From a virus: 64,000 bases of DNA. Positions 38,790-48,156 of this stretch are shown here, piece after piece; the stretch's first letter is position 1; each line of letters begins with the position of its first letter. The notes beneath the pieces were generated by a model. It saw only the letters and a list, made by a program, of their open reading frames with translations. It was not told the origin of the DNA and searched no databases. A program made the translations under genes and the position numbers. The DNA is taken from IMG/VR virus record IMGVR_UViG_3300038560_000007, positions 15,615 through 79,614 of that record. One strand, 5' to 3'.

Positions 38790-38999
38790 TCACCTCCTCT
38801 TCCTTCTCTTTGAAGCTCCGCCGAAGTTCTTAGCGAAGTTCGCCTGCCTCCGGGTGGAAGCAGGATACCGACCCTTCGGGGCTCGCAGGACCTTGCTGGC
38901 GTAAGCTTGAACGCCCATCCCAGCGGCCTTGGCCTTCTTGGTAAAAGCCCCCTTCTTGGACGGCTTGATCCTAATCGGCCGCCGCTTCCTTGCCGCCAT
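38790..38999 (-). CDS. Very basic 69-aa protein (candidate DNA-condensing core protein)
   Basis: No D/E; K/R-rich; IKPSKKGAFT...RQANFAKN; GGAGG RBS. Confidence 0.65.
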   Translation of the reverse strand: MAARKRRPIRIKPSKKGAFTKKAKAAGMGVQAYASKVLRAPKGRYPASTRRQANFAKNFGGASKRRKRR

Positions 39000-39351
39000 C
39001 AGTCGGCACGCCTCCCTTCACCTCTACTCGTACCGGTCCCGGAACGGTAACATCTACCGGCGGCGGCTCGACCTTCGACTCCCCTCCCCCTGCGTACGTA
39101 GCTCGAGTCACCTCAGGAGTCACTACCTCACGCGGCTCCCCCAGCTTGCCTTCGGAGTCTCCGTCCTCGTCGTACAGGATCTCCTCGATCTCGCCGCGCT
39201 CTACCATCCCGTCGATGTCGTCGATATCAACGAGACGCGGCACGTCGCTGCCAACGACCTTCACCATGTTGCTGACTGGTTTGCCGTTAGACTGTCGCTT
39301 GATGTCCTTTTCAGTCAGTGGCACGTTCGCCTCCTTAGTTGGAAATGACAA
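38971..39351 (-). CDS. Hypothetical acidic protein
   Basis: Tiles the late operon. Confidence 0.55.
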   Translation of the reverse strand: MSFPTKEANVPLTEKDIKRQSNGKPVSNMVKVVGSDVPRLVDIDDIDGMVERGEIEEILYDEDGDSEGKLGEPREVVTPEVTRATYAGGGESKVEPPPVDVTVPGPVRVEVKGGVPTDGGKEAAAD

Positions 39352-39847
39352 GGTTAACTTCCTTCCAAGTCACTCCCATGTCGAATTGGTAAACCGCGTA
39401 CTCTCGAGGATCACCATAGATCCTCCTAGGCTCCGTATGCATCACGGTCTCCAGGACTACAGCAGGGTTATAATCTAGGCCGTTCGCCTGAATAGTCAGA
39501 GCACGCCCGAACACTCCCAAGCCTCTACTATACATCGCGATACGAATTATCTCCGCCATGTTGTTAGCCGCGAACCAGGGAGGCTTAGTCGACGTCAGCT
39601 TTAGAGCCCAGCACTTTACTTCCATGACAGGCATAGCCAGGGGAGCCTGTCCAACAGGCTTAGGCGTACCCCCCACCACGCGACAGGTAATGAACTGACT
39701 GATACCGCCGACCGCCGGCCACTGTTCCTGTGGAGGGGCCTGAGTCGCCACCATGTTCGACGTGAAACCCGAGCCAGGGATCGAAGAGAGCCAAGCGCAA
39801 GTCACTAGCTCAGAGTTCGGATGGTAGGTCAATGGTCGAACCTCCAA
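39335..39847 (-). CDS. Tail terminator
   Basis: Position; VVGG, EVKCWA, EPRRIYGD...Y.FD. Confidence 0.7.
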   Translation of the reverse strand: MEVRPLTYHPNSELVTCAWLSSIPGSGFTSNMVATQAPPQEQWPAVGGISQFITCRVVGGTPKPVGQAPLAMPVMEVKCWALKLTSTKPPWFAANNMAEIIRIAMYSRGLGVFGRALTIQANGLDYNPAVVLETVMHTEPRRIYGDPREYAVYQFDMGVTWKEVNLVISN

Positions 39848-40257
39848 TGAAGATGAAACTCTTCATACGTAAAGAGGTTCGGATAGGAAATGCCGGGATG
39901 CGACACCGCAGTATTCATCGTCGCCGGAGGATCAGGAACCATCGGCGTACGATACTTATACAGGGCCGGTCGGAGGAAGGGCTCCTCTAGAACGACCTCA
40001 GGCCCTACGTTACCTGTACTTGGGTGAAACACTCGATGGCCTAGCTCAACCCATGCGGAGTAGGGAGCTGGCGAAATGATGTAGAGAGTGTCACCGTCAA
40101 CACTATGATGAATAAGGGCGGCCATGACCCCCGTGCGCTTCGGTGCATAACGCTTAGCGTCTTCCACAATGAGCGGCCCAAGCCGATCATCAAGAAAGAC
40201 GCTGCCGGCCAGCTCAATTTGAGCAACCGCGCCTGCATCTATTACCACACGCGCCAC
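39829..40257 (-). CDS. HK97 gp10-like tail completion protein
   Basis: AKRYAPKRTG, YSAWVELG, PFLRPAL. Confidence 0.8.
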   Translation of the reverse strand: MARVVIDAGAVAQIELAGSVFLDDRLGPLIVEDAKRYAPKRTGVMAALIHHSVDGDTLYIISPAPYSAWVELGHRVFHPSTGNVGPEVVLEEPFLRPALYKYRTPMVPDPPATMNTAVSHPGISYPNLFTYEEFHLHWRFDH

Positions 40258-40305
40258 GGACCGTCCTCTACGTTAGGTCCTAATGCCCGCTGAACGTCTC
40301 TACGA

Positions 40306-40683
40306 CTAAGCGGGCTGTGTAGTTGTAATACGCCTCAGAGTCACCTGCATGTCCTGAACGATGCCACCTACATTCCCCAGCTGCGTCACCATATAGACAG
40401 GATAGGTAATGTTAGTGCCCTCGTCCAGTACTTGATCGTTTATAGTCAAGTCTGTATTACCTGGAAGGATAAGAGTGATAGCCCTCACGATCGCCGGCAT
40501 CTCCGTCGAAGGCGGATACGCTGTAGTACCCATGATCAACGGGCGCAGAGCACTCATACCAGGCGAGCTAAGGAAGGCTGGCACTCCGCTAGCGATGACT
40601 ACAGGCTGATCCTCGATGTCGCCAAACGAATCGAAACCGGTCCCTCTCAGGATCGATATCGTCGTGTTGGCCATCACATACAA
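40306..40683 (-). CDS. Head-to-tail stopper
   Basis: ILRG..DSFGD, DLTINDQV; position. Confidence 0.7.
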   Translation of the reverse strand: MYVMANTTISILRGTGFDSFGDIEDQPVVIASGVPAFLSSPGMSALRPLIMGTTAYPPSTEMPAIVRAITLILPGNTDLTINDQVLDEGTNITYPVYMVTQLGNVGGIVQDMQVTLRRITTTQPA

Positions 40684-40688
40684 ATAGT

Positions 40689-40729
40689 CCTCCTATCTAC
40701 TATTATAGTATGATTCATCCTGCGAAGGC
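40689..40729 (-). promoter_or_regulatory. Class II (late) promoter GCCTTC-N16-TATAATAG-N-AGATAGGAGG
   Basis: Same register and flanks as 55249..55289. Confidence 0.75.
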
Positions 40730-40753
40730 CACGGATGTAAGGTAAGTGTCCTC

Positions 40754-43700
40754 TTAATCTATGTTCAGTACCCCCGCATACATAGCGGGAAGCTCTCCCG
40801 TACCAGTAGAGTTAACCTGCACCCAGGCATAGTACGTCCCCGCGGTCAGGCCTGTATTCGGAATGAGCGCCAGGTACGGAGGCTGAACAGAGTTCGTCCC
40901 CCATGTTCCTCCAATCCACTGCCCCGAAGTAGGCTCACCTGTCACGTCAGGAGACCCCATCCCTGGAGGCGGCGTAGTCAGGAACGCACCCTTCACAGGG
41001 AGAGATGAAAGGACTACACCTAGAGGCCCCCACACGTTGATGGCGATGTTCTGTTGTGATACCAAAAAGACCGACGCTGTTGATGTCATAAGCTTAGCCT
41101 CCCAAATTCCGCTCGTTAGCTCGGCTGTCCATGTACAAGGCACGATTCTCGCCTCCCAAAGCGACGCCTGGATTATCGACACCCAGGGTGTTCCCTCAAG
41201 CTCTGTAGTCGACGTGACCACCGCAGTAGCCGAAAGATACCCCATGCCTGTCAAAAGGGCTGTCGATGCTATGTTCGATGTGACTAGGGCCTGTGACGTA
41301 AGGTTACCTACACCAGTTAGCGTCGTCCCACTAAGGAAGTTCACGACAGGTTGAGCCGTTAGAGTGCCCAACCCAACTAGAGTAGCCGCCCCGGGCAGAC
41401 CTGTAATGCTCTGCGAAGTCAACGAGCCTATACCCGACATAGTCAACGCACCGAGGAAGTTCACTACAGGCTGAGTCGTCAGAGCCCCTATACCTGAAGT
41501 CACGCCCGCCGTAAGGAAGTTCACGATAGGCTGCGTGGTAAGCGTACCGGCACCGCTCAACACCGCAACCGAAAGGAAGTTAGCTAGCGCCTGAGAAGTC
41601 AAAGATCCTGTTCCGGTAAGGACTGATGCGTCTAGGAAGTTCACTACAGGCTGCGACGTAAGAGTGCCCGTGCCCGATACCGAAGCTGTTGCCGAGAAGG
41701 AACCGCTAACCGACGCATTGGCTGTAAGCGAGCCTATACCAGATAGCAACGCCGTCTCTAGGAAGTTCACAACAGGCTGAGACGTTAGCGCACCGAGACC
41801 TGACATGGATGAAGTCATCAGGAAGTTGACTACAACCTGTGACGTCAAAGACCCTGCGCCACTTATGCTCGCTGCGGTTAGGAAGTTCACAACAGGCTGA
41901 GACGTTAGCGTCCCCAGACCTACAAGGGCCGCCGCCTGATACATATTGACACTCGGCTGAGCTGTCAAGGTACCTAGGCCAGACATCGAAGACGCACCGA
42001 GGAAGTTAACTACCGGCTGTGAGGTAAGCGTTCCAATGCCTGAGAACGATGCTGCATCCTTGAAGTTCACTACCGGCTGGGACGTAAGCGACCCTAGTCC
42101 ACTAAGAGCCGCGTTGCCAAAGAGGTTAACGACCGGCTGAGCCGTTAGCGTACCAGCCCCAGTCATCGAAGAACTCTCGAAGAAGTTCACGACAGGCTGC
42201 GACGTAAGCGACCCTATGCCAGTCAGCGCCGCGTTGCCAAAGAAGTTCACGATAGGTTGTGAAGTAAGAGAACCGGTTCCGGATATTGTCCCTGCCGAAA
42301 CAAAGTTCACTACGGGCTGAGTAGTCAGCGTACCTGAACCGTTCAGCGAAGCGGTAGCGTTAAACGAACCACTAGTAGACACCGTAGCGCTCAGAGATCC
42401 TGTACCTACCAAGGACGCAGTCTCTAGGAAGTTCACCACAGGCTGACTGGTCAGACCCCCCATGCCAGACAGGGACGCAGCCTCAATGAAGTTAGCGACT
42501 GGCTGCGACGTCAGAGTTCCCGAACCGCTTAGACTGGCATTACCGAAGAAGTTAACAACAGGCTGAGCAATCAACAAGCCGGAACCGCTCAAAGACGCTG
42601 TCGAAGCAAAGTTGATGACAGGCTGAGCAGTAAGCAGCCCACTGCCAGAGAGAGACGCTACCTCTAGGAAGTTCACCACAGGCTGAGCCGTTAGAGACCC
42701 GCTGCCAGACAGAATCACACTAACCTGAGCATACGCCTTCAACGAGCCCGTACCAGACAGAGCAGCAGCACCTAGGAAGTTCATTACAGGCTGAGCCGTT
42801 AGAGACCCTGCCCCGCTGAGTGACGCCGTCTCAAGGAAGTTGACTACCGGCTGTGACGTTAGCAAACCGGAACCACTAATACTAGCCGCGGTAAGGAAGT
42901 TGACTACCGGCTGAGACGTCAACAACCCAGAGCCACTAAGCGCTACAGCAGTTAGGAAGTTTATGACTGGCTGCGCAGTAAGGGAACCAACGCCCGATAG
43001 TGCAGCCGCGCCTTCTACACCCACAGTCCACAACGCTGTAAGCGATCCAGAGCCTGACAGCGAAGAAGTCTCTATGAAGCTAACGACAGGCTGAGATGTC
43101 AGACCTCCTGAGCCACTAAGGCTCGACGCCTCTAGGAAGTTAACGACAGGCTGAGACATCAAGACGCCAGAGCCAGACAGCGACGCAGCATCCTCAAGAT
43201 TGACTACAGGCTGTGCGCTAAGAGAGCCTGACCCTGATAGCGAGGCAGTCTCTACGAAGTTAACGACCGGCTGATCCGTTAGAGCACCCGCACCGCTGAG
43301 GCTTGACGCCTCAACCTCGTTGACGACCGGCTGAGACGTAAGAGAACCTGAGCCCGAGATCGCCGCTGCGCCTAGGAAGTTTACGACCGGCTGCGCAGTA
43401 AGCTGTCCGCTACCACTAATAGACGCGCCTGAAGGGAAGCCTACAGTCGTCGGAGGAGCAACAGCTTGGAACTTGGTCGGAGTCGGCTCCCACTGCTTCC
43501 GAACCTTATGAAGACCCGAGAGGACTGGAGGTCCCGCGACAGGACCCGCCGCAGCCTTGAACGCGAACAGGCCGGTAGCGCTATAGTTCGTCGTGCCGAA
43601 CGTCACTGAGTACGACGTCGCAGCATTAGACGTAGCGGTCTGGTACGAGGTAATGCCCCAGATCTCACTGCCGGTATAACAGGTCTGATTAGCCTCATTC

Positions 43701-44326
43701 GTCCAGCCCGATGCCGGGCCGTTCAGCGCTGTCGTGAAGTAGCCGAGACTCAGACCAATCAGGAAGTCAGTTGAGGTAGCAAACGTCCCAGTCGTGCCCG
43801 ACGTCTCCGGCGAGGTGCCAGTGCTTGAGCTATACCCGGTCGCCTTACTCGCGCTGTCGTAGCTACCTGTAGCCAGCAGACCGTTGACCTCATAGACCCA
43901 ACACTCGGAGTAGACCGTGCCGGTCGAGAAGGTGACCGTGAAGGTTGTCTGGCCTCCAGACATGGAGTCTTTGGACAGCGTACCGATGTAGGCAACCAGG
44001 CCGCCGGCTGCCTCGGTGAAGCCATTGTTAGTCAGCGAGGTCGAACCGCAGGTCGCTGAGACCGTAGTACTACTAGTCGACGTCTGGTAGATAACCGCGA
44101 TGATGATCGAATTACCGGCTTTAACTGCTGGGATAGTGCCAGACAGGGTCAGCCCAGCTGTCGTGCCGTTGGTCAACGGAGTGAGGTTGATCAGTGTCGG
44201 CCCAGCACCACCACCCTGGAGCCAAATTGGCATTCCGTTTTTACGATAACCAATAAGGTCACCGAACGTGGGCTTGCGGAATGGGTCAGCCAGAGTACGT
44301 CGGGCCGGCTCCAGGTCAACCGTCAC
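40754..44326 (-). CDS. Large repetitive fibre-like virion protein (20-aa repeats)
   Basis: More than 30 repeats of consensus QPVVNFLxAASLSGSGSLT[AS]; located between head and neck genes. Confidence 0.85.
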   Translation of the reverse strand: MTVDLEPARRTLADPFRKPTFGDLIGYRKNGMPIWLQGGGAGPTLINLTPLTNGTTAGLTLSGTIPAVKAGNSIIIAVIYQTSTSSTTVSATCGSTSLTNNGFTEAAGGLVAYIGTLSKDSMSGGQTTFTVTFSTGTVYSECWVYEVNGLLATGSYDSASKATGYSSSTGTSPETSGTTGTFATSTDFLIGLSLGYFTTALNGPASGWTNEANQTCYTGSEIWGITSYQTATSNAATSYSVTFGTTNYSATGLFAFKAAAGPVAGPPVLSGLHKVRKQWEPTPTKFQAVAPPTTVGFPSGASISGSGQLTAQPVVNFLGAAAISGSGSLTSQPVVNEVEASSLSGAGALTDQPVVNFVETASLSGSGSLSAQPVVNLEDAASLSGSGVLMSQPVVNFLEASSLSGSGGLTSQPVVSFIETSSLSGSGSLTALWTVGVEGAAALSGVGSLTAQPVINFLTAVALSGSGLLTSQPVVNFLTAASISGSGLLTSQPVVNFLETASLSGAGSLTAQPVMNFLGAAALSGTGSLKAYAQVSVILSGSGSLTAQPVVNFLEVASLSGSGLLTAQPVINFASTASLSGSGLLIAQPVVNFFGNASLSGSGTLTSQPVANFIEAASLSGMGGLTSQPVVNFLETASLVGTGSLSATVSTSGSFNATASLNGSGTLTTQPVVNFVSAGTISGTGSLTSQPIVNFFGNAALTGIGSLTSQPVVNFFESSSMTGAGTLTAQPVVNLFGNAALSGLGSLTSQPVVNFKDAASFSGIGTLTSQPVVNFLGASSMSGLGTLTAQPSVNMYQAAALVGLGTLTSQPVVNFLTAASISGAGSLTSQVVVNFLMTSSMSGLGALTSQPVVNFLETALLSGIGSLTANASVSGSFSATASVSGTGTLTSQPVVNFLDASVLTGTGSLTSQALANFLSVAVLSGAGTLTTQPIVNFLTAGVTSGIGALTTQPVVNFLGALTMSGIGSLTSQSITGLPGAATLVGLGTLTAQPVVNFLSGTTLTGVGNLTSQALVTSNIASTALLTGMGYLSATAVVTSTTELEGTPWVSIIQASLWEARIVPCTWTAELTSGIWEAKLMTSTASVFLVSQQNIAINVWGPLGVVLSSLPVKGAFLTTPPPGMGSPDVTGEPTSGQWIGGTWGTNSVQPPYLALIPNTGLTAGTYYAWVQVNSTGTGELPAMYAGVLNID
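41200..43430 (-). repeat. 60-bp-period coding repeat (boundaries approximate)
   Basis: Recurrent AGGAAGTT...ACAGGCTG/ACCGGCTG every 60 nt on the + strand. Confidence 0.85.
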
Positions 44327-44346
44327 GCCTGCCTCCTGTCAGGCGG

Positions 44347-44925
44347 TTAGTTCTCTGCGTAGATCTTGAACTTGTTCAGGTAAAAAGCGGTAGGTGCCGT
44401 GTTGAACAACGACCACAGCTCAAAGTAGTACGGAGTTGTAGGAACCAGCACCACGGCCGTTGCCACTCCAGCCACATTCAAGCCGCCCATGGTGAAGACC
44501 GTCTGAGTCGCAGTCGACAGGTAAACGCCGTATGCGATAGTTCCATCTGCTATCCAGCCAGAGGTAGCTGCCCCGACAGTCACACATGCCATGTCGACGT
44601 CTAGCTCAAACACACCAGTAGTCTGCGCACCGCTCGCGACTGCCGCTGCGCCCGAGGCCGCAACCACAACCTCACTAGACTGAGACCCGGCTGTAACGTC
44701 AGCCCCTAGCGTGAGCGTATTGGTATAAGCTCCAGCGACATCGAAGGTGCCACTGCCATGAAACCGCAGTGACTTACCCAGCATGCGATCTTGCGACCAG
44801 AGGCTCGCCAGCGTAACGGGCTCCGCTGCAGCTGCCGAAATCATCGAAACCGCAGCCGTGGTCTTATTCGGACCGATCCCAGGCATGGAGTAAATGAGCT
44901 CCATGTTCGACCAGATGCTGGTCAT
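44347..44925 (-). CDS. Virion accessory protein
   Basis: Beta-rich A/T/G/V composition in the structural operon. Confidence 0.65.
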   Translation of the reverse strand: MTSIWSNMELIYSMPGIGPNKTTAAVSMISAAAAEPVTLASLWSQDRMLGKSLRFHGSGTFDVAGAYTNTLTLGADVTAGSQSSEVVVAASGAAAVASGAQTTGVFELDVDMACVTVGAATSGWIADGTIAYGVYLSTATQTVFTMGGLNVAGVATAVVLVPTTPYYFELWSLFNTAPTAFYLNKFKIYAEN

Positions 44926-44929
44926 GCCG

Positions 44930-45739
44930 TCACCAGGTCGAGGCGTTAGCAGTAATGGACGCGGCCGCGAAGGTAATCGTGTCCGTGTTGGTAACGGCGT
45001 TAGCTATGATCGCTGTCGTCAACGCCCCCCACAGGATCCGAACGGCTGTAGAGGCTCCGTCGTAGACTTCGAGACCGGCCACGCCCAGTGACCACGTACC
45101 GGTCGCAGTCCACTGAACCTGGTTCGAGTTCGACGTCGACCCGGACGCACCTGCGCCGAACGCGTTGGCGCCCATGGACGAGCCGCCGGTTGCGTTCAGG
45201 CCACTCGTGTACCCAGGAGATGTAGCCGCTACGTTCTCAGTACCCGTGGCAGTCTCAGTACCGGTCGTAGACATCAGGTGAAGACGTAGAGGTGGAGTGA
45301 TCGTCAGCGTCGTACCACCCGTACCTGGAGTCCACGTAGCCGTCGTAGAGGCGTGCAGAAGGTTCGACAGTAGTGTGTTGACTAGCGTCTGGTCCGTCAT
45401 GCCGGCTGCAGCCATCATCAGGCGATAGACAGCGAATGCCTTCAGGAACAGGAGCTGCGTACCGATGAGGCCCAACGGCTTCTTAGGCACGACCCCCGAT
45501 CGTGGCATGTTAGCGAACGACCAGTCGAGGCTATAACCGCTCTCGGGGTCATTCACGCAGTCGGGCCCGTGGTCATGCCGGAACTTAGTCCGATCATAGA
45601 CTCCGTACATTCCCGTATCAGGGACGTACTTAACTGCAGGATGCCCCGGACCTACGAGGTCATAGGTCCCGCACTCATGGCACGTCATCAGCCAGCCGTT
45701 CTGAAAGGCTGCGGGCGGTGAAGCTACAGGGGTCGTCAC
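44930..45739 (-). CDS. Virion accessory (fibre-associated) protein with an N-terminal Cys/His extension
   Basis: C-terminal SNS..QW...VYDG...LWGAL...DTITFAA pattern; N-terminal CHEC. Confidence 0.65.
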   Translation of the reverse strand: MTTPVASPPAAFQNGWLMTCHECGTYDLVGPGHPAVKYVPDTGMYGVYDRTKFRHDHGPDCVNDPESGYSLDWSFANMPRSGVVPKKPLGLIGTQLLFLKAFAVYRLMMAAAGMTDQTLVNTLLSNLLHASTTATWTPGTGGTTLTITPPLRLHLMSTTGTETATGTENVAATSPGYTSGLNATGGSSMGANAFGAGASGSTSNSNQVQWTATGTWSLGVAGLEVYDGASTAVRILWGALTTAIIANAVTNTDTITFAAASITANASTW

Positions 45740-46032
45740 GTACTCACCTCTTCTTGGCCTATAATTCGCACTCTAGGAGCGACGCCAGTCTTCTTCTTTA
45801 CGGCTGAAGTCACTAGAGACTGAACAGCTTCAATGATGCCTTGATAGTCATCTGCATAGTTGAACGGAACTAGGACGCTCCCGCTCACGCCTGTTTTATT
45901 ACTCGGACTCACAATTACATAACAGGCATTAATCCAAACACCCGTGTAGACTACGCCCTCCTCGGGAGCGTCCATAGAACCTGGATGGCCCTGAACGCTC
46001 CCGAGGGTGACGTATGCAATCGAAGCTGCCAT
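45736..46032 (-). CDS. Hypothetical protein
   Basis: TGATG coupling at 46032; GTGA overlap downstream. Confidence 0.55.
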   Translation of the reverse strand: MAASIAYVTLGSVQGHPGSMDAPEEGVVYTGVWINACYVIVSPSNKTGVSGSVLVPFNYADDYQGIIEAVQSLVTSAVKKKTGVAPRVRIIGQEEVST

Positions 46033-46190
46033 CAGAACCAATGACTCCGACCACCGACTGCGTGATGTCCTACCGTGCCGACGAGCAGCAGGATGAGACC
46101 GATGACACAGATAATGATGCCGGCTGTAACGAGGATACCGATACCGGCAACAAAGCCGATAATCAGCAGGATTAGACCGAGGATGATCAT
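46032..46190 (-). CDS. Small hydrophobic membrane protein (DUF6131-like)
   Basis: MIILGLILLIIG...GHHAVGGRSHWF, an actinobacterial-type small membrane protein. Confidence 0.7.
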   Translation of the reverse strand: MIILGLILLIIGFVAGIGILVTAGIIICVIGLILLLVGTVGHHAVGGRSHWF

Positions 46191-46192
46191 GC

Positions 46193-46369
46193 TCAGACAC
46201 CGGCTCCATGACGCCATGGGTACCAGCCCCACGTCAAGTGCAGACACAGGAACGCTGCGCCTGCGAACGCGAAGTCGATCGCGTACTTCGCGTCGTGCCC
46301 AACTCCCTTGGTGATGATGAACATGATCAGCGCGATCAGGAAACACACGAACGCGATGAGACCGAACAT
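46193..46369 (-). CDS. 58-aa two-TM membrane protein (not in the ORF track)
   Basis: AGGAGG RBS; MFGLIAFVCFLIALIMF...FAGAAFLCLHLTWGWYPWR. Confidence 0.6.
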   Translation of the reverse strand: MFGLIAFVCFLIALIMFIITKGVGHDAKYAIDFAFAGAAFLCLHLTWGWYPWRHGAGV

Positions 46370-46381
46370 TTTCGCCTCCTA

Positions 46382-46891
46382 CTAATAATCAGGCCCCGAC
46401 GGGAATCCGAAGCCTCCACCAATCGGAGACCATGGGAAGATCCACTCGCCGAAGTTGACTGAGTTCGCCGTGTACAAGTCTTCGAACGGACTACGTACAT
46501 GCAGCGCACGGCTACGGAGCCACGAGACTCGACCCAAGGCCTTCTTAGCCAAAGGGCCAACGGACAACGCATTCGCCTCGACAGGCAAAGGCTCACGCGT
46601 TGTCGGGATCCGCTTAACGTCTAGACGTGTCATGAGATCAGGCTGCTGAGTCATCCAGACCGTCTGGTAACACACAGCCAGCATCATGTAGTACATGTCT
46701 GCTCCACCAACGTTCTGCCACCAGTTAAAGGTAGTAATCTCATCAGTGGAAGGATCAGTCCAGGAGAAAGAATACGGTCTCCCGGAGAACAGGTCGATGA
46801 CGTAGCCGGCGATGGTCACTTGCTGATCTGTAACTGTTACTCCGGTGTACTGCAAAACCTGCTCCGAAGTTGCCCAGGTCGTCTGTGTCAT
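46382..46891 (-). CDS. Head-to-tail adaptor
   Basis: WAT..V..YTG, LAVCYQTVWM, PLAKKAL..SW; position. Confidence 0.75.
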   Translation of the reverse strand: MTQTTWATSEQVLQYTGVTVTDQQVTIAGYVIDLFSGRPYSFSWTDPSTDEITTFNWWQNVGGADMYYMMLAVCYQTVWMTQQPDLMTRLDVKRIPTTREPLPVEANALSVGPLAKKALGRVSWLRSRALHVRSPFEDLYTANSVNFGEWIFPWSPIGGGFGFPSGPDY

Positions 46892-46908
46892 CGCCGGCTA
46901 CCTCTCCC

Positions 46909-47328
46909 CTACTGCCTCTCCGCTGCGGAGGGAATCTCCGCCTGCGGCAGAGCGGCCTTGGCACGATCGAGGAAGCTAGGACTAGGATCCTTAGCCTTCT
47001 CGGCCTCTTCAGCCTCCTGAGCCTTGGTAGTCCCTACAGCCTCACCCGGCGTGACTGACACCGTCGTTGGATAGGACTCACCCTTGTGAACGAGACCAGC
47101 CTCAGCCTCGTCCTCCTCTTCCTCATCATCCTCAGTGACGGTGTCTGGATGTGCCAGAGCCAAGTCCTCATCACTAAGAGGGTTCCCAGTAACATGGTCA
47201 CCCTCGAAGTAGACCGGCTGAGCCGTCCCCGCGCCTTCGGAGCGCAGAACCTTACTGAGAAGACGGAACATCTTCTTCTCAGCAGCCTCGGATGTAGCGT
47301 GCCCCTCGGCACGCAAACTCCATGGCAT
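46909..47328 (-). CDS. Hypothetical acidic protein
   Basis: AGGAGG RBS; late operon. Confidence 0.6.
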   Translation of the reverse strand: MPWSLRAEGHATSEAAEKKMFRLLSKVLRSEGAGTAQPVYFEGDHVTGNPLSDEDLALAHPDTVTEDDEEEEDEAEAGLVHKGESYPTTVSVTPGEAVGTTKAQEAEEAEKAKDPSPSFLDRAKAALPQAEIPSAAERQ

Positions 47329-47338
47329 CGATACCTCC

Positions 47339-48148
47339 TTACAGAGCCGTGACGCAGTGGTTGGCGGTGAAGGTTGCAGACCCCGGCGTGCCGCTCACGA
47401 TCGCGATCACGTAATACGGGGCCTTGACAGCAACCTCCTTGATGGCGACGTACGCGCCTGCGGCCGAGGTCACGTACGAATCCACAGGGTCTCCCCCGAA
47501 GAACGGAAGAGGGTTCGTAGACACGTTGTACGGAAGCCCCGTAAGGCTCCAGTAGATCTCGAATACCGGAGTCGTGAACGTATCAGCTGTCACGTTCAGC
47601 ATGATCGCCAACCGAGAGACAGGCATGGGAGCCTGCTCACTCGGGACCGTTGGCACTGCCGTGATCGCTGAATACGTAGTCGTCGTAGCCTGCGCGAAGA
47701 CCGCCGCCAGGGTCGTTGAAGCGACTGCCCCGAAGACGGGAACGCCTCCGACTGCAGAGCTAGCACCCAGAACGAACCCGTCCGGAGTACCAGAGGCTGC
47801 ATAACCTGAAGGCATCGCCTGCGCGGTGAACGTGTACGCACCTGTCGTCCACGTCAGTCGGTAGTACGGAGCCTTACAGGTAACAGTCTTGATGACTTGA
47901 CCGAGACCGTTCGTGAGCGCTGTGATGTTGACGAATGTGTCCTTCGGATCGGCGGAGTAGAAGTTCACTCCGTCGAAGGACCACTGCACTTCGAACGTAA
48001 GCGTACCGCTCGTGTAGGCAGTGACGTTGACGAGGACAGAGAACGTCGAGGAACCGTAAGGCGCCTCGAGAGCCGCTGTCGCACCTGAAGCCGAGACGAC
48101 CGTCGACGGGACGATCGTATCGGCCCAGGCATTGCTTACTCCTGGCAC
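47339..48148 (-). CDS. Capsid accessory/decoration-like protein (paralog of 48157..48939)
   Basis: Two internal beta-sandwich repeats (FEVQWS...DP.D...KAPYY). Confidence 0.7.
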   Translation of the reverse strand: MPGVSNAWADTIVPSTVVSASGATAALEAPYGSSTFSVLVNVTAYTSGTLTFEVQWSFDGVNFYSADPKDTFVNITALTNGLGQVIKTVTCKAPYYRLTWTTGAYTFTAQAMPSGYAASGTPDGFVLGASSAVGGVPVFGAVASTTLAAVFAQATTTTYSAITAVPTVPSEQAPMPVSRLAIMLNVTADTFTTPVFEIYWSLTGLPYNVSTNPLPFFGGDPVDSYVTSAAGAYVAIKEVAVKAPYYVIAIVSGTPGSATFTANHCVTAL

Positions 48149-48156
48149 GAACCCTC

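Noticed and set aside
41200-43430. 60-bp periodic repeat as a CRISPR array
   Set aside because: The repeats are degenerate at third codon positions inside one long ORF, with no repeat-spacer structure. The Cas4-like gene is a standard phage exonuclease.
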